The position numbers and the translations under genes are program-made. 64,000 nt of DNA from Balanoglossus misakiensis. Lineage: Eukaryota > Animalia > Hemichordata. The stretch is taken from NCBI GenBank assembly GCA_040954595.2, contig CM082587.2, forward strand, positions 5,258,206 through 5,322,205, written 5' to 3'. Position 1 is the first letter of the stretch, and every line of letters starts with the position of its first letter. The notes beneath the pieces were generated by a model. It saw only the letters and a program-made list of their open reading frames with translations, ran no database searches and was not told where the DNA came from. Of the stretch, positions 1 to 13,254 are shown piece by piece.

Positions 1-3000
1 TCATGGTAAAAAAATATAATGTAGTGGTATCCCCTTGAAGTTAACGCACATAAAGTCTTCTCGAAATGATTGGGTGTAACACTATCACCAAGGAAGGGCT
101 GCTTGTGTTTACTAGCACTTCCCCCACCTTGACTTGAACCTTGCCCCAATCACTTGAAATCATTGTCTGCGATTGACTTCAAGGGGACACACTACAACAT
201 TATGTTGCTCCAGATACGGGTGTGCGCATTTATGTTCTCGTATGAAAATCCAACATGGCTCAGCTGGAGGGGGACTCGGTTATGCGCGAGAATGCACGGC
301 CAGATTCTAAGCCCAGGTCGTCTTGTACTTGGAAGGTTTGTTTTAAATTTGTGTTGGTACGACGTGACCCGAAGTCGCCAGGGCCAGCATGTCCACATTT
401 TGACGACTGTCTCCGCAAACTGGAGGTTAAACCAGGGATGGCTCCACTGGAGTAATTAAAGTCTCACTCCGACGGACATTGATGAATGCTCTCTGAGGTC
501 ACCCAAGTATCTATATCAAGCTTGCTAGTTTTGCCCCTTTTTGTTTATCTCACCAAGACTTGGGAGAGGCACTCAAGAGATATACAAGCTAATATAACTC
601 CCGGTTTTCTTGCCATCTCATTGTTTGGTCAAATAAACGTCTCTCTCTCTTCCCCCAAACAACCAACTCAAAACAGGATACTAAAATGGTAACCAAGGTA
701 ACCTAGTTGAGGTCACGCATACCATGGTCGTTCTCCAACACCACAACATCCGAATCGAGGAATTAAGGTACATGTAGTATGCGCCTCCGGAACAAATTTT
801 GAGACGATGGATTTTTAAATTTCACCATGTCTGTTCACAACTACGACGACAAACATAACTCAGCACCTGACGCTCAGTGGGTCAAGTGGCCAGCAGTACG
901 TGGTCATAAAATTTGATTGATTACGTTTGGCCTGACCTGATCGCCATATCACTGAGATATTCGGCCTACAAAAAAGCCGGTATCTTTACACGTATTCTGC
1001 ACACAAACTGAGTACACAAATTTTAAGTGATGTGCCAAGATAAAAGTGATGAAAGGGAGATATCTACACCAAGTTGCACAACTTGCTTGCAGAATCTCTA
1101 GACTATGATTAATTTTTTTACTTACGAAAAAGCGCCATGCTGGTCAACATTATACATGAAGATCATCTCATGATCTGATAATCTTGCGTCCCTCAATAAA
1201 AAAATAGTAGGCAAACTACTGTGTAAGTGGTTTTATAATTACCCTATACACCTATGTCAGTATACTGCTAGGAATGATGTCATAAATCTATGCAACCAGG
1301 TACATGTACCAGTTTACTGAGAGTACATGTAAATTACCCATCTCTGTGGCTGGTGCATTCAACGCTGTGGGGTGTCTGATGGTCATATGAAAGAATGAAT
1401 GGCCACAACACTGGACCATCCCAGGAGGTGTGTTATTATTGTACTCCGTTCAACTGACAGTGGATAGAGTTAGGCATACAAATTAAAACTTCGGAGTGAG
1501 TTTCCTAAATAATTATATATACAGAAAGTTTGGTGAATGATGTCATACCATGAGCGCTGTAAAACTCTATTTTCAACTCTAAATCAGGCCATCTGAAAGT
1601 TGTCTGTCGCAGTGCCTGTATACTTTACTCCGGGAACTGTTTATCGAGAGCCTTTTCCTACTCTATTGGCGCATTTTCATTTAAACTACATCACAAAGGA
1701 CTTTTGTCCCCCCTTTTATACAGCCACGACTCGATTCCAGATTGTTGGCAGTGTTACCCGAAATGAGGAGACTACAGCTGGTCTTTTGGGAGAATGAATG
1801 GGGGCCAGCCATTACATGTCATTAAAGAGCTGAATAGCAGAACAGTGTGTGTGGTTGTTCCGAGAGTGGACCTTGTTTATTGCCCGGTCGTGAGATTACA
1901 TGTATCTCTAAAGTGGTTGATAACACTGTTATCCTGGTCGAGTAATGATCACAGGCGAAGGTTCGGACAGGAATGAAAGACCTCAAAGTCAAACGCTGCT
2001 CTGCTAGTGCTACACAAATCACAAGCACTACTACCACTGCTCACAACTTACACGTGTCAATCACTACGGTACATAAACACACCAAAAATGTTGACACAGA
2101 TTATTGCAAATACTTCAGAATAGTCTGCAGTTGTTGGCCCCAAGCCACGTAACATCTCTGACCCAAACTGCACAAGTTAACCTATTGATTAAGGGGGTCA
2201 TTCAAAGGTCAGATTCAATGACACGTTTTGTGTGTGGGGTTTTATTCGATATGTTTGACGAACTCAGTCAAGCAGAACAGGTAACCCCTTGTTTGTTTTG
2301 ATTTTTTTTGAAAAAAAGCAACGCAAAACAAACTGGCGCCTGCTTGCGGGTTAAACCGCAAACGGTAAGACAATAACTCCCTCTTATGACCATTTCGCCC
2401 TCTGGCTCTGTCAGCGTCACCTTCTCTTTTTGAACACCAATACTTCGAGGGGTCCGATTCCGGCGCGTACACTGTCGGTAAATAAAGAGGTACTTCACCT
2501 TCTGAGAGCTGAAGTGGCATCTTTTGTCCGTTTCCTGAAATGACACCCTCGTGAATGCGACTCGAGTTACGTGAACATCACGGTACCCTGTGGCCAGAAA
2601 AACACCAGACACAAATGCCGTGGTATAGCAACACTTTCAAAATCAACAAGCTCGCATTGGCATTTCGCGGTGGACATTCCACTTATATAACAGCATACGT
2701 AGAGGTTATTTTACACAGTTGGTATTCATTCATTTTTTTTTAAGTCATGGTATTTCTTAGGTAGCTATGGTGACAGGGATAGGCAGCACCATAATGAAAA
2801 TAGAGAAACAGTACATAAAGTGTGATAATCATCATTAATTGAAACGTCCTTTTGGGTCATGTCAAACTGGAAGTAATTTATACAGTGCATGAATCATTTT
2901 TAACACTCTAAATATGTGTTGAGGTGAAGTACAAGGGCCGCTGTTGCTAAACGTTATCTATGAACTAAAGGTAGGCCTCCTCTTGCATTCCATTTTATCT

Positions 3001-6000
3001 TTAGTCTGTCAAGCCCACACCCATATAGTAAATCAACCTGAACTGTCTGGCCATCTGCACCGCGGAGTGAAATGGTATATTTGAGCACTCTCTAACGTTT
3101 GTCTAGATTGACCTTTGATCTCCAGGTGACCTATGACCTATGGCGTGCAGGGGCTGCGATTTCCGACTCGCAAATTTCTTCCACTCTTAAGTGACTCATC
3201 CCCTTATTCAACCTGTGGGTATACCCCTCATTTAACTATCAATGCCCGGCATTCCTGGCTGTGTTTTATTACTGGTGGTCAAACAGGTTACAGCGAAACA
3301 CACCCCGTCTCACCTGTTCGCCAGAGGAATTGTACGAGACGACGAGACGTGTGGCTGCCAGACAGACTGAACGCACACAATGGGTGCACAATATTACCAA
3401 GCGACTCCAATATGCTCAATGTTATACACATGTACTCAGAGACTGCACTCATTGTTGCCAACTGTGTACTCTAAATGTCAGTTGTTTTCTGCGAAGGGTC
3501 GGAAACTCTCCTTATACCAGTCTGACTAACTTTTCCTGCAGACAGAATCTCTCCTGTTCATTTTCTTTATTACTCTGAACTCCACCGTCCCCCAACCTTC
3601 AGAGCATCAGCGATAACTGCATACCAGTAGCTGACCTATTCTGTCAATGTACACGATCGCAGCTAGGGATCTGTTTACAGAGTCGGGCCACACCAGCATT
3701 CCAAGGATGACCCGAAAAGACACACAGACCACATCGCTCCTCTTTCAGGTCGCACTACGCCCGAGTTTCCACGTTTAGGAACTGATAGTCATGGCTTGAC
3801 TACGAACAGTCTGAAGGGAAATTGTCATCTTACATGTAACCCTTACCTTACTGAAACAGCGACTACATTTCACAGGCCACTCATTTGCATAATTGTGTAA
3901 CAATTTCATCCAGTTCTATCTAGTCCGTTTTAATTTTATGACAGATATCTCTAGGCTCCTCAAAGTTGGGTTCAGCTCATACATGTACATGTACACGTCC
4001 ACGCCCAGATCTCTCATTCATCCATACATTGCCATTTTTTGTGTGAATAAATATTGTCTGCTTATGTAATGAATCCGTATCAAGTTGATATATAAAGAGC
4101 AAGATTACTACCAATCATGAACAGTTAGAGATAAGAGCAATGTTGTATGATACTCAATCTCTTCATATCTCGGAGCAAACAGCGGAATATCTAATCATCA
4201 TGTTCAATTAGAGAATAGAGATCTGAACTGTACTCATTGGACTGGCAGGTTAAGTGTACGTGGTGAATTATCCACACAGCAAACAAGCAAATAACCTGTA
4301 TGGGGTTCATACAGGGACCATTAACTGAAACGTCTCAGGTCAAATACTGGCATAAATTATTATGTGCGAACGGTTTAAGAGGTCCTGAAACGTCTCAGAT
4401 TGTAGACGGCTTTATTGAAGTATATACATCCAGTTTGATTTTGTTTCTTTGAATCTTTGTAACAGTAGTATACTAGTACCACAGCAAGATATACGATGTA
4501 CAGGTGGGAACAAAACACCTTTATGAGCTCATAAACTGTCAGTTCTGTTTGTTCAGGACTGCACAGTAATGAACATGTGCAATTGTAATTGAACTATTGA
4601 TAGATGCAGGAAAGCCCTATTGATCAATTTCATGTACATGTATGCAAGAAAGCAATAAGGCTCCCCCCCCCTATTTCCAGTGTCATAAGCCTTCCCCTAA
4701 ACCACCATCAGCATATCAGCCAAGCACTAATCGCTTGAGACGTTGACAGGTGTTAATACAAGCACCTTTCCCATCAAAAGAAAAGCACCATTATTCTCAG
4801 GGTCCCCCCAGCTTGGCTTTGGCACAGCCCCGGGGCAACAGGGGTCAAAGGGCTCCCCTGTCTTAAGTCAACTTAGCGTTCTTCATTGATGGTATTTTAA
4901 GCATTCAAAATGCCACTGCAGATGGACAGTTAAGCGCCTAATCTTATCATTGTGTTTCTCCTCATTAACAAGGCAATTATGCCCTTTCCGAGAACACTGT
5001 ATTGTCTCCACTGTCAAGGGTTGTGTTGGCTACTGGCCGGCCCGCTACAGTTACAACTTGCCCCTTTTATGCCTGGGAGTCCAATTAATTAATTGAGTGC
5101 GACTGAGTCTTTTCCTGTTCACAGCAAGTGTAGGGGAAGATGGACGAGTCGTTTGGGAAGAGATGAACTCTTAAAAATCCGTTTCTGAAGTGTGATACTG
5201 ATAATTACCATTCCATCACATTATACATGAATAATGGATGTCTCCTAACTATGCAGAGTTTCAAAACACTCACTTAAAGCAGCATCTTGGCCAACTGTGC
5301 CACGCATTTCAACTCTCCAGGGCACATAGCGTCTACGTCCCTACATGTAATTGGCACCATTTCTTTGTTTTCACTATTTGCAAAATACTAACCGTAGGCA
5401 CAGACATGGGTACTTCAACATGGCCATTTTTTTATGCTGTAAACCCTCTAAAGGATAAAACTGATATCAGAAAGTCTTGCATCAAAGTTAGTGTGCCATT
5501 CTCGAAGTTGATTTACTTCCCGTACTGCAAGACTATAATTACTGCGGAGTTTCCTCCGCCGACAGCCAGCTTCGCTAGTTCTCAGATGGCAGTGATTTAC
5601 ATACCACAAATGTGTACATGTACATGTTTTGTAGCCATATAGCTGGTGAAGCCTGTGAACTCATTGCCATAAATAACTCTGATCAGAACTCGAGTTTTAC
5701 CCTTTCATTTACCATAAAATACATGTATATATATAGATAAATATAACATATATATGTAACTCTTCTGCTTCACCCAAACGGTACGCCCTAGCACCAACGA
5801 TTTCTACAGCAAAGGCGGAATCTGTATGTCAACACCATGAAGACCCTATGTTTAACCATAAGGTCGAGCCGGAATCTGCCAGTTGGGTCAATGGCCACAT
5901 TTGCAGGGTCAAATTACTGTCTTCCTTGGAGGTCTCGGTTCCAATCCTCCAGCCGGTTTACGTGGAGATTTAAGTATTAACTAGTACTGGTGGTCGGAAC

Positions 6001-9000
6001 ATAAGTTCTAGCCTGTAGCTGAATCGATTCGGTGGATCCACTTATGGCCACCATGGAAAATTTAGCTATATTATCAAGCTGATGTCAACGCTGTGGTTCC
6101 TTTGTAATTACAGCATGCAAATTGCGTTTCAGATTGACTGAATCCGATTGTAACCAGCGCCAATGCGCGGGGGTATCAATCGCCACCCCTGCTTTGTCGG
6201 AAGCTACATCAACACTCTAATCTGAACAGGTCCAACGACAAGGGGGGTCATTGTGTTTCAACCGCAGTTTGTGTTCTCTCCCAATCACGGGCGATGAAAG
6301 CTTAGCATTGACCTCTGGAAGATAAACCTGTCGGAATGCCCCCGCACACAAAGGGGGGCGACCCCACGCCCCCAGGAATTTCCAGCGGAAGCCGCAACTG
6401 TCCACACACGCAGCCAGAGCTGCCCGTCACCGCTCGAGGAAGCCCAGCAGACTGTCCGCCGCGCAGAAAAGTGACAGGCCAAAATTGAAATCCAAAGAGG
6501 AGAACTTCCGGCTCCTCTCACTGGAGTAAAGGTCGGGTGTTTTGAAGTGTGGCTGGTCTGCTGTCTGAGGTTGCTTGGAATTCAAGTCTGCCACTGCCAG
6601 CCTCGACTGTCGACAGCCACTTGTGTTGTTGGGGGCTTTTATCCTGATGCAAAAATCAGTGCAGTTTAACTGGCTGTGACATGTCTGAACTGCCTCTCAC
6701 GGTGTTCAGTATGAACACCCAGACTGGAAATTTTTAATGTTAAATATAAGAGAATATATCCTCGAGACGACTGATAATGTTCTCATCCAGTAATGAAATT
6801 AATGTTAATGTCTGCCTGGAAGAGGCATAAAACTCAAATGGTCCTTTATGTTATTAAAGGTGCTAATATATCTGACTGACATTAATTCTCAACTGTGACT
6901 CTGACATTTATTGAGAACATCACCCACTGACGGCTAGTGGTGGCCACTTCAGAACTTGTCTGTCAGCCAGCAATACAACCAGACTGAAGTACTACTGGTC
7001 TACATAGCCATGAATGTGGATCAAGTGAGTGGCATAATCCCACAAGTGCAGGCCAATCGCACTGATTTCCACAACGAGATTGGCCGGGCAAAGATAAAAG
7101 TGTACCGTACCATCTGCAAGGGCAAGCAGTTTCTTTACACTATACACAAGTCCAGAGTTTACAACATAAATCACTGTGCTAAACTGGTGCCCAGTTTCCT
7201 ACGCTAACCACTATATATAAACCACTCCCTAACCTCAAAGGGCAGGGGTTGTTTGAAGTTGAACCCAACAGCTTGACAGCGCAAAAAAAATCTAACACCG
7301 ATAAAAAAGGCTGATATTCTACAATCAGCAAACTTTTCCTCTGATAAATTGACCAAGGATTGCCATAGTAACAGTTGTCATGGCAGCATTACCCTCATCC
7401 AAACATGCACTCATGGAATAGGCTCTGCCCTTTTCTGTGCTCAATGTCCAACATTCTTTGAACGTATAAAGTTTCCCTGATTGTAAATTATGCTTTGTTT
7501 TACTTCAAACCAAGATGGTTAACTGTGGCCGGATCCTACATGTAGATCTGTAAATGCCCATAACCTGAACAGGACTATAAATTCTCAACCTGATGTTGAC
7601 CTTCCCGAAAGACAGAAGAGTATACAGTTGCATATGGACAGACAGAGAGTGTCGATGACTGGAACTATGGCATGCTGGGAGGTCTTGGGGCCAATGGGGG
7701 CTAGGAGTTTGTGGTTCAATCGCAAGAAAACATGGTTCAGAGCTTGACTACACTGTACATGTTTGTACACTGCACTATGAAAAAGAGAGTTACTAGGTCA
7801 AATTTCAGTTTCCCACTATAATATATGAAGCGTCACTAATTAATTGTTGAAGGTAATTAAGTAACTTGACACTTCTATTAGTATCTATTAGCATGCAAAG
7901 TGAAACAATCAACAGCATTTGGTCTTTCGTATACATATGTAGTGAGCGAGCATTCAAACAGTTAGGTCAGCCCTGACATAATGTCTTTTGGATCCAATCA
8001 CAGACTACGGACCAGTACCGTAGTACACACCACATGAACTGTACAAGAAGCCTGTATGTACAATTCTCACGTACCTGTGACAGTGTATTTTGCTAAGGTT
8101 AGACAACAGACACCTGCCATGGACTAACTCAGTCCTCTCTGTTCGAAATCTGGACTGGTGTACACCCATGGGAACCCTGACTTGGGCGCCCAATCACATC
8201 AGCCTCCCGGCACCAACAAATAAACTCTGGCCATCGTCTACCAAGGCAAACCCTGCCAGGCAGATAATGCAATTACACCGTCTAATTTGCTTCCATTATC
8301 TGGCATGTTGTCGCATTCACCAACTTTTTTTTTCATTTTCTCAGAATAGGCAATCTTGCTGCTGCTCAATTCGCGTTTACTGACCGCATGGCTGATATAC
8401 GACGACAGTTGACTGTCAGTTTGACCCCTGGGCCGCTTGCAAGACACCGGGAGAGCGTGCATACTTCACTGGAGACATTATTCCTGTCGCATGTCTAAAA
8501 TACGCGTCATTGTCTTCCCCATGTCTGATCTAGTTCGCCCCACACACTAAACTCTGCCCTAAATTTGACTCTCTGTTGTTTCACTTTTAACTTTCTTCCC
8601 TGTCTGTTGACTCTACTCAAATGGTGAAAGACTTCTCTATAAATCTTTTCAAATTACGGGTGCTTCTCCATTCTTGGGATGAACGGCCATGGAGCTACCA
8701 ACAGTAAAAGACATGTCTATAAATCTCCCTTTTCAATTTCTGGGCTAGGTAAACCCACACCAGGTTCAAAAGAGCCAACAAATAAAAGAACCCAACTTTG
8801 AAATCTCATCAACACTATATACGCTGATGGGTGATGATATCTAAGACTTAGAATCTCACCGGTTGCTTGGTCAGTCCCATGTGTTTGCAAGTTATTTTTA
8901 GCTGCACAAAGGAACAAAAAAACTTCCTTTAACTATTATACAACTGAACTTTACAAAGATTCAATGTGAAATGCTAATCGAGTTGAGTCGAGAAGCCCAC

Positions 9001-12000
9001 TGTATGATAACGATGCATAAAGTCATCTGCTTTTTCCTCCTCCTAATTTCACTATCAGATTCTATTGCGGGGCTTCACTGCAGATTAATGAATCTGGAAA
9101 ACTTCACTGCAGGGTGACGATGTGCATTAATATATCATCTTTAACTCTTGAGATAATATGCGCGGCACTGTAACTGGAGTTAATGAAGTGGAACCCTGTA
9201 TGCAGTTAACACTGGCAAGGACAACACAAGGGGCAATTTATGTAAACAGACTGCGATGTTGGGCATGCAGGCATATTTACTCCCAGGCGAACAAGGCTGA
9301 ACTGGGAACGGCCACAACATCGGAACTGCGAGCACCATCGGGGCTGGATGGACCAGGGCCCAACCCACTAAAGTCAATGCCATGTCTGATTTTGAAAACC
9401 AAAGGGATAGGCCCCTTCCCCGATTTTTAGAAAAGTTCTTTTGTCTCCCGACTGAAAACACAGGAACTGGACGAAGACGTTCCACGTGCACCCATGCTTC
9501 TTCCCACCTTATACACACAACATACATCCAGGAATTCCTGTTAAATTGGTGGTTTGCCTCTAACCCTCTTCCTGTCCAGGGTGTTACAGGCCACCTTAAA
9601 ACAAGGACTTTAGGTATTGAGTCTATGTTCACTTTAGCCTATTTTGGATATCTTGGCATGGCACTCTATAGAGGTCCAAACTTTCCATAGAAAATGATGG
9701 GTTTGGACTGAACCATGGTTGATGAAAGGGTTAAAACTGTTGAACGGAGTGGTGGGGACTCTGGACAATGTAGGTCAGTGCTGTACAAGGGAGGACCGAA
9801 ACGGTTCAGCAGCGAAGGGATCGAGCACGGGCTGTCAAAAGAAAACAAAACGCTCGCACGGAACCGAATAAGAAAGCTATTGTGAAGTGTACAGTAGATT
9901 CCTGTCAGTGTCAACCTAAGTCTTGATTTTACCCAGCTTTAGTCCGAATGACTGACTGAGTGACGAGGGAAAGGTTGGCGAGCTTAAAACTAAACATCCC
10001 CGGACAATAGAGTGCGGGATCACTGATCCCATGCCGACAACAATGGGAAGAGTGACAACGTGAATGGGACATCAGACATCCCATTCCTGTGTGTTCGGAT
10101 CAATTCAGGTGGCCTCATTTCCTCTGTGAAGGGATCAGCAGCACGGACAGGTTGACCGCTGCCACAAAACACAGACCATATAAATATCCATCAGTAAAAT
10201 CGATTCACACACTCTACAATAAACGCCACCCTTTTTGCCTGCAAAGCTGTGCACCAACCTGGGGATATTTGCTGAGCAACTGGCATTACATCACCAACTA
10301 ACTTGCCCAGTTTTATTGTAAATCTAAAAGTTCCCCTCTTTTAATCAAGGTTGAATTTTCCTTTGTGCTGGGCAAACATTCACCACCAACAGCAAACACG
10401 CCCGCCAGATTCAGCAAGGGCTGGCTGACCGGACCAACTCCCATGGTAAATTTATGGGGCCCATTCACCAAGCAGTGAATTTTTATACCCCAGCTACTGA
10501 GGCCTCTCGGTCCACCAACAGAGGAAGCAGGGTTTCACTGCATTTGACAGAAACGATACTGTTGTCAGTTGCAAATCTCCTGTGAATGAAAACAACCCAG
10601 TCTTATTAACTCACTGTGTGTTGTTGTGTCTGCCACAACACAGTGAAATACAACCACTGTCTGTTTTAGCTACTCAATGGCGGAGGCTGAGATCTTTTCT
10701 TTTTCTTGACAAGTAAACTGAGAACTTGAGTTCTGGCTTGTTAACTTTCAGTGCACACAAACTCACTTTCTTGAATTTATGGTTTACCAACAAATCTGGA
10801 CGTGACCTGACGGCCTTATTGCCATCACTGACTGAATTGCCTGAAGTTTATACTTGAAGGACCTTGGAGGAAACCGGGTGTGGTTGGGACATTGATAAAA
10901 TAGGATGTGGTGTCTAGAAGTTATCAGTTTTTTTGGGGGGGAACGCTCAGTGTAAACCTGCTTAGTAACAAAATAAATTGAAACTAAGGAAAATTATTTC
11001 TTAGCACCTCCTTCTAAATGTGCGGAAATTTTTCTGCATCATTAACATTCAGGCTCCACCTAATCATGGCAAACATTTATGACACTTTTTTTACAACTAA
11101 TAAAACTGAATTGGCCTGACCATAAACCAAAGCTACGAACTACGGCCTGGTACATTCCTGACTGTGTGTATTTTTGTGAGAGGAGATTGAAGACTGCCCC
11201 TTTTGACCTCTTTTCTAAAAGTGGGGAGGTGGTGTCCAAATCAAGTTCATTGGTAATCCATGTTTAAATATCCCTACTAATGAATGTTAATTGACCCTTG
11301 ATGCATATATTTACACCTTGGTGTTGTGTAAATATGTTGTGTAACCTTTCATGAACCATCAAAACAATATGAGGAGAGTTACCAGAGTTTCAAAGTTTCA
11401 AGGAAATCTACGCTTCTTTTATTTGTAATGGCAGAGCCCCTTGAAAAAAAATCTATGGCCAGAGAATTTTGGTAGTCCACTGTCCAGGGGCCACCTCCCT
11501 CCCCCACCAAAGTTGCCTCTTACCAAAACAAACATAACCAGTTACTTGTTGGACCTTCGACTGAACAAATACTTTTAACCCCAAGAGTTTGAACAGCGGA
11601 TTAGCAGGGGAATAGGCGTATGTCAAAACTGATCAAATTATCGGCCTTGTGCTCCAGCCTGCCTGGTGAGAAGTATGCTGCTAGTGCTACTGATTCGAGA
11701 TTCAGTGGTCTTCTGGGTTTGTACTTCAACAATGTTCTCGGCTGTACACTGCAGTAGGGGGACAAAGGTTTTTATAACTCGCACAATGATGTGATCAGCT
11801 ATTGAACCATTGAAAGAGCATCGGATTTATTGTGTGGCGCTCAGCTGTTTATGGGATCTGGTGCAGAACAGGTCTATGGCGATTAATAAAGCTACTTTTG
11901 GGGCGATCGCCTTCGCCGAAACGTCGGATATTGGCACGTCCAACCACAAGGGATGGTTTGCAGTTGCACATCTCAACAGCAACGCCTCAACTTGAGAAAT

Positions 12001-12229
12001 CGACAACCAGTTGACCAATCGGCTTGGTGATATGAACACACAGTAAGAGTTGATCGGATCGGAAGTTTGGAACCTTGACAAAAAGTTTAACATGAAACCG
12101 CTCCCGAATCACACAGTTGCAAAACAGTGACTAAATGTTGTATAACCTGCTTTTAGAACTAGAGGAAAACACCGATCTTTAATTCCGGATTTCTTTGCGA
12201 TAAAGATTCCGAGAGGAGACCAAACTTAC
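1..12229 (-). other. LAMC1: Large first intron of laminin gamma-1 (>12.2 kb, not closed in the window)
   Basis: Begins at the exon-1 donor. No frame continuing the laminin N-terminal domain (expected K-x-F-D-I-T-Y) was recognised in 1-12229, and the ORFs there look random. Confidence 0.75.
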
Positions 12230-12680
12230 CAAGTGGTAGTGTCAAGTTGACCATATGCGGGTACTGGATGTCTCTCAACATCGTTTCGCTCTGCCACCAG
12301 GTCGGATCAAAGTCACTGTGAAAGTCTGTCATAAACTCTGGCGGGTGCCTGTGACCCGCCCGATCATCGTTGCATTCATGGCAGGACTTGGTAACATTGG
12401 TCACTCCGGTCTGATGGCAGTAATAATCGGGCCGATTCCTGAGGCCACAAGTGTTGGTCGAGCGGATCTTCACACTGTAGGCTGCGTTCACGAACTCGGC
12501 GATGCATCGCTGCGGTCTTCCCTGTTGGTCGTAGCATGCACTTCGACTCATGGGCTGGGCTATACTACACTGGACCAACAATGCAAAAAGTGATAGTCTA
12601 GCTAGGGAAAGAACGGTCGGGAAGGAAACCTTCGCAAAGTTATGTGACCTACTGCCAGCCATAGTCCTTCTCGCCGCCAT
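12230..12680 (-). CDS. LAMC1: Laminin subunit gamma-1, first coding exon (signal peptide + start of laminin N-terminal domain); gene continues left beyond the window
   Basis: Translation MAARRTMAG...LSLFALLVQCSIA (signal peptide), CYDQQGRPQRCIAEFVNAA, TNTCG, YCHQTGVTNVTKSCHEC, TWWQSETM, QYPHMVNLTLPLG closely follows laminin gamma (TGVTxVTKSC and WWQSxTM distinguish it from netrin). Phase-1 GTAAG donor at 12229-12225. The start codon could instead be the Met six codons downstream. Confidence 0.92.
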
Positions 12681-13055
12681 TCTCCAAAGTTGACAGCAAT
12701 GGTAGAAGTTTGGCGCTGGGCATTCTGGGTCAAAAGGCGTCACCTCGGACTATTCCAAACTTTCTCACAGGGTGAGTCAGGGCCGGGCTGCAGAGGGCTC
12801 GGAATATTATTTGTTGCTGCAGATTTGACGATTAAAATACGATTCTGCTGTTGTATCTGGACATTGGCAAGATGTGTTTTATTTCTCGCAACAAATCTAA
12901 CGCATTGGAGACCATTATCCTAGTATGTGTCATGTTTTTACAAGCTGCATAGACATACTTTGCAGTCATAACCTCATACTCTTCAATTCCAATGGTTACT
13001 GCTGTTTTGAACAGAAAATACCAAAATGACAACTTATGTATCTTTTTGCAAATAA

Positions 13056-13061
13056 TTTATT
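13056..13061 (-). terminator. Putative DHX9 polyadenylation signal AATAAA
   Basis: TTTATT on plus about 200 nt past the DHX9 stop codon; a second copy lies at 12878-12883. Confidence 0.5.
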
Positions 13062-13254
13062 GTCACATTTAAGTTCACCAAGCACAACATTTCAAAGAAA
13101 TACATGACAGTTGAAAGCTGACACTGTTTGATTGAATATATCATCTGTTCAAAACATGGAAAAACAAAACTTGTCTGACGCACTAAGATTTGCTCACTGG
13201 GAACAATTCAGAGATCACACCAATCCCAAAGTGTTGCTACCCACCCACAGTTCT

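Noticed and set aside
1-12100. Many 60-150 aa ORFs in the laminin intron
   Set aside because: No recognisable motifs, non-ATG starts and no consistent splice pattern; they look like chance ORFs.
12230-12680. Possible netrin
   Set aside because: TGVTxVTKSC and TWWQSETM..IQYP match laminin gamma rather than netrin.
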